Shown here in pieces: positions 50,420 through 63,462 of a stretch of DNA of 64,000 bases. Both the position numbers and the translations under genes were made by a program. The DNA comes from Felis catus. Taxonomy: Eukaryota. The stretch spans positions 200,262,001-200,326,000 of the forward strand of contig NC_058368.1 in assembly GCF_018350175.1 (NCBI RefSeq), in the 5' to 3' direction. Position 1 is the first letter of the stretch. Each line of letters begins with the position of its first letter. The notes under the pieces were generated by a model that was not told the origin of the DNA, did not search any database, and worked only from the letters and a program-made list of their open reading frames with translations.

Positions 50420-50940
50420 GTAGTGTATGGGATTATTGGATTCTCTTGGTCTATACTCTTCTATTTCTGTTGCATTGAAAGAGGGTTTTGGCTGCCTCCA
50501 TTTTGACCTCAGACTTTCTATTTGGGTTCGTCTTTCCAGCTTGTCTCTTGGCTCAGGCAGAAGAAAGACCCTGAGGGCAAAGCATCCCCTGATGGGAACT
50601 GAAATTACCTTCTCAAGCAATGTCATCTGCCCTGAGCCAGCAAGACCGACTCCCAAGACAATGAGCCATTTGACCTTCACTGCCCAAGTTCAGTACCTGC
50701 TCACCTTTACCCTACACTTTCTTTATGTAAAAATCGAAGTATTTTTGGCACTTTGGAGACAGACTTTGGGATGTTAGTCTGCTGTCTTCCCAGTGTTGGC
50801 CTCACTGAGATAAATTATTTTCCTGTTTCGACACCACTCGCCTCTCTGCCTTTAGAACTTGTCAGTGGCAAGTGACCCAAGCTAGTCTATTTGGGGCCCT
50901 TGCAGCCAGGTGCTCTTGCATGCCTGTGCCCTGGCTATAC
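50420..50940 (+). mobile_element. Probable ERVL-type solo LTR (MER74-like 3' half)
   Basis: GAGACAGACTTTG...AGTCTGCTGTCTTCC...GATAAA...CACCACTCGCCTCT...GTGGCAAGTGACC follows the recalled R/U5 layout. Confidence 0.5.
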
Positions 50941-52879
50941 TGTCTTCCTAGCAGCCTAAAAGAGCATATTCTCTTGGGACCTGTGTCTCAAGGCTTGCAA
51001 GGCTATGCAACATCCAACACCTAACAGCTATAGATGCTAAAATGTTAATAAATTCCTATGTTTTATTATAAATGTAAATGAATTAAAGAACAGTGATACA
51101 GTAATCGGTAATCTTATATTGCAGTTTATAAACTGTCTAGAGAGACTGTCAGAGAAGAGAGATGACTTTGAGGTCAGAATTGTTGGGGAGGCACTCCGTG
51201 TATCTATAGCCCCCTTTTCCAACAGTAATCTCAGCGTGATAAATCCTAGCAGACTCTGGGAGCTGCTGGGTAGATACTCTTGCTCTTTAGCATACCAATG
51301 ACTAATTCCATTTCTCTGGCATTTTCCAACTATCAGTAGAAGTGTTTTCAGTCAACCATAGTACTTATTATTTAAGTAGTAAATGATACCTTTTCAATTC
51401 TAAGTTTTATAATTTATCCTACTTGTCATAATCTATATTTACAGATTATTTAAAAAACAGTCAACAATGAGTTCTTCAAAATATGAGCTTTTATTCTGCC
51501 TTTTAAAATAAATAGATGTGTATGTACTCATTTGTGCAAATACCACTTGTTCCCCTCTGCTGCCATTTCTGTGACAGCAGTATGCAGGACCATTCTTTAA
51601 GTGATTATATTCTGATGGGAAAACAGCCAAACAAAAACTGTCAGCTATTTCATATACTTTCTAAAGCTATTTAGAAATACAAATTAACATCTGATGTGAA
51701 GATTTATAAATATGGGAGAGTAATATGCGATAAATGTGCATTTTATTTTTTTAGCTTCTCTAAGTTTCTGGCAAAATAAACTTGCCTGCTGATTTTTTTT
51801 AAGGTTGGTTATGTGGTTTTATAGCATTGATAAGTGAATTGAATCATAATAAATTGAAAGGTCCAGTAATTAAAATAAACAAAAGAAAATGGCATAAGAG
51901 AAGCAAGCTCTCCCCCTCCCATTTGTATTCCTTTTTAGAAGAGTTACACTTTAATTAAGTTCTTTCTTGACTTATGAACTCCGAGAAGATTTTCTGCTGA
52001 AAAAAGATAGCCAGCTCATCACTTAGGGTCTTAGAGGTCTTAGAGCTCTGCTTCTGACAATGCTAATGTCAACTGGAGACTGCCTTGCCTTTGTTCTTTT
52101 TGGTTGTGGGAGAGGCAAGTTCCTGACAGAGACAAGTTTCACTGTTCTATTTATTTGTCATTTTGGCCTTTCAATGGGTGTGATTTATAAATAGCGAATC
52201 ATTAATATGCTGAGTAGTTTAAAGAGCTTTTAAAACCACTTGAGAATGGTATAAAGAGGTTGTTCTTGTTTTCTTGCTGTGACAAAGAAATGAGGGGAAA
52301 ATATTAGTCACTGGCATGTTGCAATAGGCACCATGCACGTTTTATGTTCTCCTCGAATGGACGGGTTATTCCATTGCAAAGAGGAGTGGAAACTGTAGTT
52401 CCTGGGTCACAAAATGAAACACAATTCTCTAGTTTCTAACCAACAATCCTTGAATGTTTTTCACAAAATTTAATGCTTTTGGGTAAGGTAACATAAATAA
52501 CATTTAATGAGCTATACAGTGTACAAGTGCTCTCACATTTTTATAGCATTGTTGTAATATGTTCAGGTGTATATTTCTACTGGAAAAATCAATTATATTT
52601 TTGGTTCAATGCTAGATGATGAAACTGTGACTGTGTTAATTATGAGGAAGATGCTCTTCTTTTCTGTCATGAAAATTATAGGTGTAACTGGGGACGCTAT
52701 GCTATTAGAGGCTACTTTGACTCTCTCTGTAGGGAATAATTGTGGCTTCTTGTAGACTCAAATTACTTATATAGTATCATTCTTGATATATGTGATAACA
52801 GAAAAATTTCTAAGTTTCCTGGATAGCTGAATTTGAGATGGAAGGAAACCCATTAATATATTAATACATCTGAGCTCAG

Positions 52880-53640
52880 GCTACTCAATTTTGTTAATTT
52901 TGCCTCTTACTTTTTTCTCATATTTGTCTCTACTACATCAGTCTAATTTATCAATGCTTCACTTAACTGGGTTTCCCATACTCACTCCCCTAACTCCATT
53001 CCATCCATTCTCTGATATGTGCCAGAGGGGGCTAATAGAAATCAAATCTGATTGTGCCCTCTTTCATTTCCCTATCTTCCACCCCCTGATCAAAAGCCTT
53101 CCATGACTTTTTATTGCCCTTGGGATGAAGATGAAAACCTTGCAAGTCCTACACGGCCTGATACCTGGCCTGGCCCTGGTCTTCAGGCCTATATATATCA
53201 CACACACTTTGCTGCCTATGTCTGTGCTCCAGTCACACTGGACTTCTTTCTTTCAGTTCTTCTCTTTAGGGGAATTGGTACATTCCATTCTGTTTCCCTG
53301 GAACACTTTTTCTTCCACTCTTTGTCTAGTTAACAGCTTCTAGTCACTTATCTTTTAGCTCAAACATTACTTCCTCTGGCATATCTTGCCTAATGCCTTT
53401 CATTAAGTACCCTTGTTCTTCAAAACACATATCTGAATATGTCATTATTCATTTAGTCCTGCAACTATCTGGTTTATGTCCACCTATCTAACTGGAATCC
53501 AACATAAGTACCATGGAGAAGAAGCCAGGCCTGAACTCCGTTGTCTTCCTTGCGTCCAGCACACCATGATTTGTACAATAGTAGGAACTGAGTAAATATT
53601 TGTTGAATGAATGAATGAATATGAATATATAAATGAGTGC
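52880..53640 (+). mobile_element. L2 3' region
   Basis: AAATCTGATTGTG...TCAAAAGCCTTCCATGAC...CTCCAGTCACACTGGAC...AAATATTTGTTGAATGAATGAATGAA. Confidence 0.85.
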
Positions 53641-55009
53641 CTGAACCAAGGAATCCATCTCTCAGAAGAAAGTAGCCAGATAAGAGACATATTTCGGTGT
53701 AATATTGGAATATATTGTATCAAGAAACTTATTCTGAGATTTATGGGAATCACTATGGCAGCTAGGTGAAGAGATCAGCAGATTTTGTGCCAACAGCTGT
53801 ACCCTGGCATTAATACTGAAGGAATGACACTGAATTCTCCAGAGGCCAAAATATGAAATTTTGCTTAAGAAAAGACCATGAAGGGAATCTTTGGGCATCA
53901 GTGTTTCTGAAGATTGCCTTGGTAATTTGGAATAATGGATGAAAATCCAGAGCTGAACAATTGTCCTAGAAAAGAGAAACTAGAATGGAAGGGTAGTGGA
54001 CTGAGAGTATCTGCCCCAATGGAACAGTAGAAAACTTGGAACAGAAGAGCAGAAATATGTGTGTGTGTCTCTGAAGAGACAAGAATAGGGCTGAATCTTC
54101 TTAAAGTGGCAGGAGGAATTATGGAGGGAAACCCCTTCCCTAATTGGTCTAGATGCCCTAACTAAATCATCTTTGTCATTTGGAGATAAGGACAATTGGA
54201 AGTTGTTGGAGAATGGAGGATTGTACAGTTATAAGTTCTTGCTAGGCACGGAATATTGTTGGAAATCAGTGTAGTTTGAAGTTCCAGAACGTTGAATCAA
54301 TTAGAGCTTTTGAAACAAGAGGTTTTGGATCACAACATTAGACTAAGAGTTAGACAAGCAGGATTACATTAATAGCAAATAGCTATTTCCAAGTCAGAAA
54401 ACTATGGCACAGATTATGGACTGGTTAAGGCCTGTAAATACATTTGTCTGTCTTCTGGTATCCCTTAGGGATGATACTAAAGGGCCATTATTTTCTAGAC
54501 CTCCTTACCAAAACACACATAAAAAGTTTTTATGAACTAAACAAACCTCTTGCTTTAATGTCTTCCAATTCAGCTGCTTCCTTAAGTACTATCTAAGTGA
54601 TTTAGCAAGATAATAATGAAGCTGATTATGAAACAATCCCATATCATCCTCTGTAGTCAAACACAATTTTTTGTTTGTTGATTTTTTGTTGTGGTTCACA
54701 GACATCTAGAGTTTTAAGTAATATTTTGGTTAGTTACCCTACTTAATAGAGAGAATGGCTTATTTTATGTTATCTCATGGTATAAGTTAGTTCTTTAGAG
54801 AAAATTTGAAAGTGTCTTTCCTTCCATCCACTCTAATGTTCCTGTGTTTACAAAGAAGGTACAGTTGGTTGGTACACACCTTTATGAAGGTGAGAAGCTA
54901 TGTAAATAGTTATGTTAATAATACTTTGATACACCAAAGGTTTCTCCAAATGATGTATTTACAAAGTAACTCCTCAGGGTTGGTAAGGGAGAGAAAGAAG
55001 ACAATATGT

Positions 55010-55190
55010 GCAAAGTCTGTCATTTTTCATCTAATTTAATTCTTCAACAACCTCATGGTATTATAATCATCCCCATTTTAGACACAAGTAAATAATGCTC
55101 AGATATGTTATATCATTTGATTTGACTTTTGATACACAGACTATAATGATAGAACTAGAATTTGAACATAATTTTGTCTACTTCCATATT
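55010..55190 (-). mobile_element. MIR fragment
   Basis: TTTAATTCTTCAACAACC...ATCATCCCCATTTTAGAC...AGAACTAGAATTTGAAC. Confidence 0.7.
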
Positions 55191-56344
55191 CCCTTTAATA
55201 TATTCACCTTTTCTTGTTTTTCAAACCAAGAATAGTCATAGAACTAGGGATAACAAAATGAATAATTCGAGAGTAGACTTTCCATTGTTATTCATCTTAA
55301 AAGTTCTTCATATAAAGGGATTTTCCTGAAAATTTTCCCATGGTATGCCTGCCTGGAGAAAACCCTGCATTGGCTGGAAGACTGTCCTAGAATAAGTGAT
55401 AGTATGTCTGAGGCCATGGAGGCAATAAAGGAGTATAGCATTGTGATCACCCCAGGAGTAAAACCAAGTTAACAGTGAAAGTTCATCCACTGAGAGAAAG
55501 TGATTCATGGAAACTTCTCTTCATGCCAATAGAAATCTCTGAATCCCCACAAAAAAACAAAAGGTCCATTTTGGACATTAGAATATGTCTGTTAGATATC
55601 ATTATGACAGTTGAATATACTAGTAGGCCACTGAATATTCTAGATTTAGTGAGAGGGCTAGTCTAGAGGAATATGTTTAGGAATCACTGATATATACACA
55701 AGTGTTTATATCATCAGACTAGAGAAAACAACCTAGGAAAAATGGATATATGGTGATGGAGAGCCAGGATACCCAGGGTGGTTGTGCCAGAGGATCATTA
55801 AAGGGGAATTTGTGCACAGCACACAAAAAGGTCATACTAGCAGATCACAGGGCCAGTCAGTTGCTGGCTATCATATAGGGAAGTAGGTCAGTCTACTTGG
55901 ATCCAATTTAATATTTCCCCAATAACTGAATATGCGCTTAAACATACCAATACCTGGATACACAAAGTATATCTTATAACTAGTTTAATATTCAACAGAG
56001 TTGTAATTATTTCCTGAGATTGCAGTCATAAAATAAATCAGCCCAATCAATGCTGACATAATAAAAGCTTAGAAAGTATTTTTTTCATTAATTAAGATGT
56101 CTTTACCTGAAGGGTATACATGTTCTTCTAATGTTTTGAGTTTTGCTATCTATACACTATTAGGCAAAAACTGGACATTTCTTGCAAAATTTTAAAAAAC
56201 CTATATTGACTACTAGCTATAACAAGCATACACAAAGATACAGGCAAAAATACAAATGTAGTTTTGCAAAGTGGACACGGGCCAAAATAATTTAAATATT
56301 AGGCAGCATTAATTACCAGCTGTGTTTTGAAAACTAATGTGATC

Positions 56345-56356
56345 TGTGTGTGTGTA

Positions 56357-56387
<31 letters not shown>

Positions 56388-56407
56388 CTGTGTGTGAATG
56401 TGTGTGT
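56345..56407 (+). repeat. Imperfect (TG)n microsatellite
   Basis: Directly visible. Confidence 0.93.
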
Positions 56408-57589
56408 TTAACAAGCTAAGATTTTTAAATTTCTGATTAACATTAGTCAGGATTTTAACATTAGCAGCTCTTAAGACTGATTATGCTTTGGACACCTTAG
56501 GATGTCAATCCTCTCCTCAGGCAGTCTGATGTATACCAGGGAGCCAAGAGGAAATACCTTGATTATAAAGTTATCCAGGTTATTTTCAAATAATTGCAAG
56601 TAAACAGGAAGTAATGAACTGACATTCTCAAATATTAAAAAAAAATTGTGGTCCTATTGTTTCTGTGATTTGCAAAGTTACTATAGTAATTACTGCTTGT
56701 TTATTCAAGGGTTGCTTAATTTATACAAGAAAACTTTCCTTTCTGCTTGAAGAGAGTTTTCTCCTACGTTTGGCCATACCGAGTAATTTGTAGTCACCCC
56801 TCACTATATAAAGGGATGTCATAAAACAGTTCGTGCATATCATGCAGGGCTAGTCTATTCACCAAATCCTGTATCTCTTGAAGTAGTATGCACCTGCTGT
56901 TAAGATCAGATGGCTTAGATTATAAGGGGGAAGCCTGTGGAATTTAATCTAAGTGATGGCTTGTCATGATCTTCCCTCTGTTTAATACCTGTCTGTGAGA
57001 TGGCCCTGGCAATGCAAGTTTATGTATGACAGGAAGACAGGAGACACAAAACTACACTGAGACATTGAACTTAATCTTGACTTTTTCATCACATGAATGG
57101 AGAATAGAGTCTTCAAAAATGTTTGGAAGATCAGTAAACATTTTTAAGAACCAAACTGATAAGGATATAAACATTCAAAATGTTTAGTCTTGGGAGAGAA
57201 ACTCTGCTAGAAGATACTTAAAAAGACATGTTACTCAGAGGAAAGTAAAGTTCTAGTGCCCATCTTTACTTGTTTAGGACCCAACAAGCTGCTGACACTA
57301 ACTGCCAAACTTCAGGTTCATCCCTGCCCAGTTCTTGACTAAACCAGGCAACCTAGACAAATCTTGGGATCCTCATTTATACTGGCCAGTAGGCATCTGT
57401 AGTAACTAGATCTGGTAAGTCTGGAGGATTTCAGAGCTTCTCCAGCCCACCTCCTGCTTACCATTTCATCTTCTACTTCTATTGGACTCAAGCTATTTGA
57501 AGATGTTCTGAACTTCTAACCTCGGTATTAGTTTGTTCTAGAGATCTTTGCTATAATTTTTGAGTTTTATCCTAAATCCCAATATGTAA

Positions 57590-57790
57590 ATAGACTGTAG
57601 TATACTAATACAGTACTTAGTATAGTGATAACTACAGTAATTACTAATTATATATAACTAATATACTAATTATATAATATGTACTAATTATACTAAGGTA
57701 GTATATTAGTCCATAATGTTAATATAGTATATTAGTCTATAACACTAATGTAGTATATAGTCTATAATACTAACATATTAGTCTAATACA
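57590..57790. repeat. AT-rich degenerate minisatellite (about 26-bp period) with inverted copies
   Basis: TAGTATATTAGT at 57699 and 57725, variant at 57751; reverse complement at 57657-57668. Confidence 0.8.
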
Positions 57791-57794
57791 GTTT

Positions 57795-57960
57795 ATCATT
57801 TAACTTCTCTGTTTCATTTTCCTTTATTGTAAGTGGAGTTGATCATAGAGCTAATATTTTCTACCTCATGTAGAGGTAGAAGTAGGTGGGATAATACATA
57901 ATGTTCACAATGCAGTACAATGCCGCATAACGATTGTTTAATACATAATGATGATTATTT
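57795..57960 (+). mobile_element. MIR fragment
   Basis: TCATTTAACTTCTCTGTTTCATTTTCCTTTATTGTAAGTGG...CTACCTCAT. Confidence 0.6.
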
Positions 57961-58927
57961 TCTATCTATAATGACCAAGTGTGACTCTTGGTGAGGCCCC
58001 AACTCAGCTTCTTCATCACAGCACTCAGTGTAAGAACTATTGGTCAGCAAGGAGGTCTGCATTATACAAAAGCAGTAGAGTGATTTCACACTGATGACAA
58101 AAGGTTTCAATGGTGTTGCACCATCATTCTTATAGGGTATGAGCCAAATGCAAACACTTTCATTGCCTTTGACAGTGAGTGGAATCTAAGTCTTTTGTAT
58201 TTGCTCTTCCTTTCATTCATACTGAATCTGGAATAAAATGAAAAATAAAGATGACTCTCTTTATTGAGAGCTGGATATAATAGTTCTTGGATCCTTTATA
58301 TATAAAAACTGATACTGTGGATCTATGACTTAGATGTAAGATAATATTCCATTTAAAGAACTACATTTCAGCAGCCACCTCCTCCTGCCACTATCTCCAA
58401 ATTAAGAAAGCAATTTTATTCTTTAATTACACATCTTGAGGATCTAGTTCAGTATCTTCTAGCAATACGTTGCCCTTTTCTAATTTTTTGTACCTCTTCC
58501 ACACTCTCCAGAGATCAGTTCCACAAGAATTCAATGCCTTTATTCTCTTTCACTCCTCTTGTTTTATCTCCCTCTCTTTACATATACTGTCATGACTGAT
58601 TCTTGCACCGTTATTTCTCCTATCTTCTGCCTCCTGGGTTTTGCCCATTTCTATGCATTCTCTAAGGGCTTATCATCAAAGTCTAGTATTTGATCCAACA
58701 AAGACAGGTTTACTGTGAGATCACAAGGGCAGGGTACATGCATGTAGGGATGACCAGGATAGTAAACCTAAGTACTAATCTAGCCTAGCAGACAATGATG
58801 GGAGAAGTTACAGGGATGGGGAGAAGTGGAGATGATTTGGCAGTTGTGACACCATTTCCATGTCAATAATTTTAGTCCCTATTGAAAAAATTGATATCTA
58901 TAAGGTAGGCATTGACATTATATTTTT

Positions 58928-59125
58928 TTAAAAAATGTTTACTTGTTTTGAGAGAGAGAGAGTGTGAGGGAGAGACAGAGAGAAAGGGAGAGAGAGAATC
59001 CATGCAGGCTCCACGCTCAGCACAGAGCCCAGAGTGGGGCTCGATCTCACAATGATGAGATCATGACCTGACCTGAAATCAAGAATCGTATGCTTAACTG
59101 ACTGGGCCACCCAGGCACTTCCCCC
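58928..59125 (-). mobile_element. Can-SINE
   Basis: SINE core; TSD ACATT(A/C)TATTTTT at 58915-58927 and 59135-59147. Confidence 0.93.
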
Positions 59126-59479
59126 TTTTTTTTAACATTCTATTTTTACAGGTGAAAAAACTGACTCAGTAAATTTTTATTATTAATCTATACAAACATA
59201 ACTAATATTTTTCTAAGTCAAATATGTCTAACTTGATGGTCTTTGCTTTTACCCTTCATTGTGAAATTTCCATGTTTGTTATATATGGTATTAGGTTATG
59301 TTATAAGAATTGTTATGTAAGCAATTGTATTAAATCTATCAACTACATACTATTCCATTGTATAATGACATGCTCTGGATGATCTCAGAACTGGACTCAC
59401 TTTACCTTAATTATAACAAAATCACTAAGTAAAATATGTATTTGTGCTAAAGTAAAAATAATCTAAACAAACAAAATTA

Positions 59480-59990
59480 ACACACTTACTAAATCAATAG
59501 CTCTTTTCTTCCTAGAATAAAGGAAATTTTATGTTAGTATACTGAAAGATCTTATAGGCATCAGTGCAGGAAGCACAGTGAGTGTCCGTGTGGATCGGAA
59601 TGAGAGCAAGCATCTATCTCTGTGTCTGTCTCTCTCTTTTGGGCCCTACATGTCTCTTGTCACTACTGTATGTGTCTGCTTCATTTTTATCTGTCCAAAG
59701 ACGGACTTCTTGTTATTCTATGTGCATACATCTCACCATGGCAACCTTCAAAAGGTATTCTCACTCTCCCAGTCAACATGACCTTTCAGTGCAAACCTCA
59801 AAACAATAAAAATTTCACTACTTGTGTCTTTATTCCAAATTCTGGGGTACAAGACTAGGATTGGCTGAGCATGTTTTAGTTGTTTACCCCAAACCAAATG
59901 GTGGTGGCCTGTAGGTCAGAGTCTTTTGCTAGATATCTGCTCCTTCTGGGATGTGTGAACATGTTTCACCAAAAAGAAGTGTGGATAGAA
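59480..59990. mobile_element. Possible old MLT1 LTR
   Basis: TCTGCTTCATT...CATGGCAACC...GATTGGCTGAGC layout resembles MLT1; highly diverged. Confidence 0.35.
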
Positions 59991-60290
59991 ATAAAAGGAT
60001 TGACAACCCTTTTATCATAGTGTGAGAAAGAAGAAGAAACCAGGTGTTTCTATGGCCTAAATGAACCCTGGATTTCAATTTGGGCAATTTTAGTGCATAG
60101 CTAATTATTCCAGGCTTTGGTGGCTAGACTCTAGTGAAAATTTACTATGGTATTAACCTTCTTGTTCACTGAGTGTGGAGATGTTTTAGACTTAGTAGAT
60201 TTTTTTTCCCTGATAACTCACCCCTGGAATTCAATGATAGAAAATAATGAGAAAGATAATTTATATTATCTTTTCATCAGATGATTTTAT

Positions 60291-60797
60291 TGTTAACAGT
60301 TGTGAAGAATCTAAAATTCTACCCCACTTGAACACTGACAAATTAGTTTGCAACAGTTTGATACACGGTAGTAGAAGGCAGGAGACTCCAGGGTCAGAGA
60401 CAGGAAACTTACTACTCAACAGCAATAGTGGTAGCCAGAATAGAAGCATTTGCACTGTTTTTTTCTGAGCCCTGGTTGCCATTAAACAATACCTGTTGTT
60501 TGAAGATGCTCTGGACATCTGCATATGAGTGTGCTATGTTGTAGGGGAGGAATTCTTAATTTAGAAAACCCAGCTCTTTTATAATGAGCAGTAATCCCAA
60601 CTGTGGTTTGCCCCAGAGGGTAATATTATCTTTATAAACAAACCTGCCTTTTCCCCAGAGGGAAGTACTATCTTTACTTTCAAGATTATTTTCTGTACAA
60701 ATATTCTTGGAAGATTGTTCACTGAGAAGGCAGTTTATGTCTCTACTTACAAGATATGCAGCAACAAGGGAAACCCGTGCAGAATTCTCTCCCAAAA
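60291..60797 (-). mobile_element. LTR40-like ERVL solo LTR
   Basis: GAGACTCCAGGGTCAGAGACA...CAGCAATAG...TAGCCAGA; TTGCCCCAGAGGG; AGAATTCTCTCCCAA match the reverse complement of recalled LTR40. Confidence 0.8.
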
Positions 60798-61269
60798 GTT
60801 ACATTATTATCATTTTGAAAGAATCAATATAATCCTCAGAAAGGCACAAATTCATGTGAAAAAGTAAATAGGAAATTTCAAATATTAAGAAATAAAGTAA
60901 ACCACTTTTTTTGGTTAAAATAACTCTCAAGATTTTCTTCCTAGTTAGTGATGTCACTCTAGAAAAAGACATAATGAGAAAATTCAAATTTAAAAGATGG
61001 ATTTTAGATCAAACTAGTTTTGAGAGAAGTCTGTATGACATAAAAAATCAACTATTTTTTTCCACTGATTTTTTTTCTCATTTTCACCATTTTATGTCAT
61101 AACATGAGTGATCATCAGCTTTGCTGATTTTCAACTATTAGGATTTTAACTATCATCAGGGTTTTACTTGATCTTTTAAAATTAGAGTTCCTATTAGTGT
61201 CTGATTCATAAATGTGTTTAAATTGTTCAGAATTTATATACTCTGACATGTTTTTTGATAATTATAGTT

Positions 61270-61485
61270 AGAATTCATCACATATGTATTCACAATATTA
61301 GAACCTCACAACAACCTGGGAGACAGGCAGAGCAGACATTTATTTTTGTCTTGACCTGAGGGATGAGGAAGAAAGCAGAGTGTTAAGTGGCCTCTCTGTC
61401 CAACTCCACAGAACTAATTAGAGTCCTAGATATTAAGTCTTCTTACTTCCAGTCCAGTCTCTTTCCACCACCTTGCAGTATCCTT
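61270..61485 (-). mobile_element. MIR fragment
   Basis: CCTCACAACAACCTGGGAGACAGG...GATGAGGAA...GTTAAGTGGC...CTCTTTCCAC. Confidence 0.65.
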
Positions 61486-62175
61486 TCCTCAGAAGCACAG
61501 TGGAAGTGGAAACTAAATTATACACAGGAACAAAGAGAATGATCCTCTCTAGTCAGGGTCAGAAACACATTTGTATAGCAGCATGTTGAAAACTTGGTTG
61601 AATTCATGGGGATTTTACTTGAAGAGGCTCAAGGATATAATCTCCTGCCTTAATAGAAAACCTACTGAAGAAATAACTCTTTATGCTCAAAAGATCCAAT
61701 GATGGCAAGTACAGAGAAACTCACTAGGATTTCTATTCAGACTTAAAGTAGGGGACTAGGAAAAAGGTTGTTAGAATAGCCATCCTGCAGTTTTAACATA
61801 AAGGTTTAGAGACTTTGAATGGATGACAGGAGCTTTCCAGATTTTTGAAGTAGTACCATGGTTTTTACTAAGCATTCTTGCTCATGGAATTCTTTCTTGG
61901 GCAATAGGTGCAAATAGTTTTGGGATCCCTCAACCTTTAATATTATTAATCATTTAGGTTTACCTACAGAAATAAAATATGAAGGTATATAATAATAAAA
62001 TTTTAACTGAAGTACTGAAATTTTTAAAAAATATGAACAGATTTATGTTATTGAATTCAATTAGTTAATTCCAATTGAAATGAAATAGAAAAAAATTAAT
62101 TAGAAAACACAGAATAATTAGAAAGCTTACTCTTTAAGATTAAATAAGAGATAACAAACAATTGACTATATGTGC

Positions 62176-62178
<3 letters not shown>

Positions 62179-62221
<43 letters not shown>
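62179..62221 (+). repeat. (TG)21 microsatellite
   Basis: Directly visible. Confidence 0.97.
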
Positions 62222-62225
<4 letters not shown>

Positions 62226-62852
62226 CTGAGTGTGCGTGTGTTTCTATGTGCACACCTGTGCTGTGTGTATGTTTATGTCTCCCACTCAAAACTATTTTGG
62301 GTTCAATGTGAAAATTTCTCATCTTCTGGTATTTGTAAGGATTAATATACCAGATTAGCTTTTCTACACCTCAAAAGGCAGAGAAAGCCAGACATAGGCT
62401 TGAGGGGATAATTAGGTAACAAGGCAGTTATCTATTAAATGGAAATAAAATGCTAGAAGCTTTATAGTGACTGGACTCAGGAATTTAGAGCAACATTCTA
62501 GAGTACCTCAGCTCAGTGGCAGCAAGGAAGATAGGAATGTGCTGAAGGGAGCAGGGGAGACCATGCTAGATTTCTAATTTTTCCTCAGACTGGGCTTTGA
62601 CAGGGTGTCTGAAAAGCTAAGTATGCTTTTATCTTTCTTTTCTAATTCAATTATCACAATAGCTCAGTGACTAAGGCATTATTCCTACCTTTGAATATAC
62701 TGAAATCTCAGAGTTAAATGGTATGTGACTTGCTCAGGATCTGAGATTTGAATCCAAATCTGGCCCTCAATTAAAAACCCTCTCTTCATTTCATTTCAGT
62801 TGCTCTTGAATTGAGCTCTTTACAGATCAAAAAAGTTGGGCCATACTTTTTT

Positions 62853-63067
62853 ATTATTTTTAAAAATTAAAAAAATGTTTCTTTATTTTTGAGAGAGAAA
62901 AGTGCAAGCAGGGGAGGAGCAGAGAGAGAGGGAGTGAGAATCCCAAGCAGTCTCTGCCCTATCAGCACAAAGCCTGATGTGGGGCTTGAACCCATGAACA
63001 GTGAGATCAGTACCTGAGCTGAAATCAAGAGTTGGATGCTTCACCGACTGAGCCACCGAGGTGTCCC
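62853..63067 (-). mobile_element. Can-SINE
   Basis: SINE core; TSD TGGGCC(A)TACTTTTTT at 62837-62852 and 63068-63082. Confidence 0.95.
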
Positions 63068-63162
63068 TGGGCCTACTTTTTTGTAAAAATTAACTTAAAA
63101 TCTTGACTTTGAAAAAACAGTGTTGACCAAGGATCATTTATAAGTGAGGTGGCAGGATGTGA

Positions 63163-63166
<4 letters not shown>

Positions 63167-63208
<42 letters not shown>
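63167..63208 (+). repeat. (GT)21 microsatellite
   Basis: Directly visible. Confidence 0.97.
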
Positions 63209-63210
<2 letters not shown>

Positions 63211-63377
63211 GTCTGTGTGTACGTGCCTGTATGTTTTGAGACAGAGGATCAGCTTTTAAAAAATTTTAATATTAATTCCAGTGTAATTAATATACAGTGT
63301 TCTATTAGTTTCAAATGTATAATATAGTGATTCAGCAATTCTATACATTACTTGGTGCTCATTATGATAAGTGTATT

Positions 63378-63462
63378 TTTTATTTTTTCAAATTTTTATT
63401 TAAATTCTAGTTAGTTAGCATATAGTTGCAATATTGGTTCCAGGAGTAGAATTCAGTGAGTC
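63378..63462 (-). mobile_element. Short L1 3' tip nested in the host L1
   Basis: TTTATTTAAATTCTAGTTAGTTAGCATA...CAGGAGTAGAATT; TSD ATAAGTGTATT at 63367-63377 and 63463-63473. Confidence 0.88.

Noticed and set aside
51163..51176. TGACTT-TG-AGGTCA everted nuclear-receptor half-sites
   Set aside because: A single imperfect motif with no supporting context; expected by chance in 64 kb.
57590..57790. CRISPR-like or other prokaryotic repeat-spacer array
   Set aside because: Mammalian context; units are degenerate and lack unique constant-length spacers or cas genes.
1038..63067. tRNA-like A/B boxes in SINE heads as tRNA genes
   Set aside because: They are tRNA-derived Can-SINE heads followed by CT tracts, A tails and TSDs.
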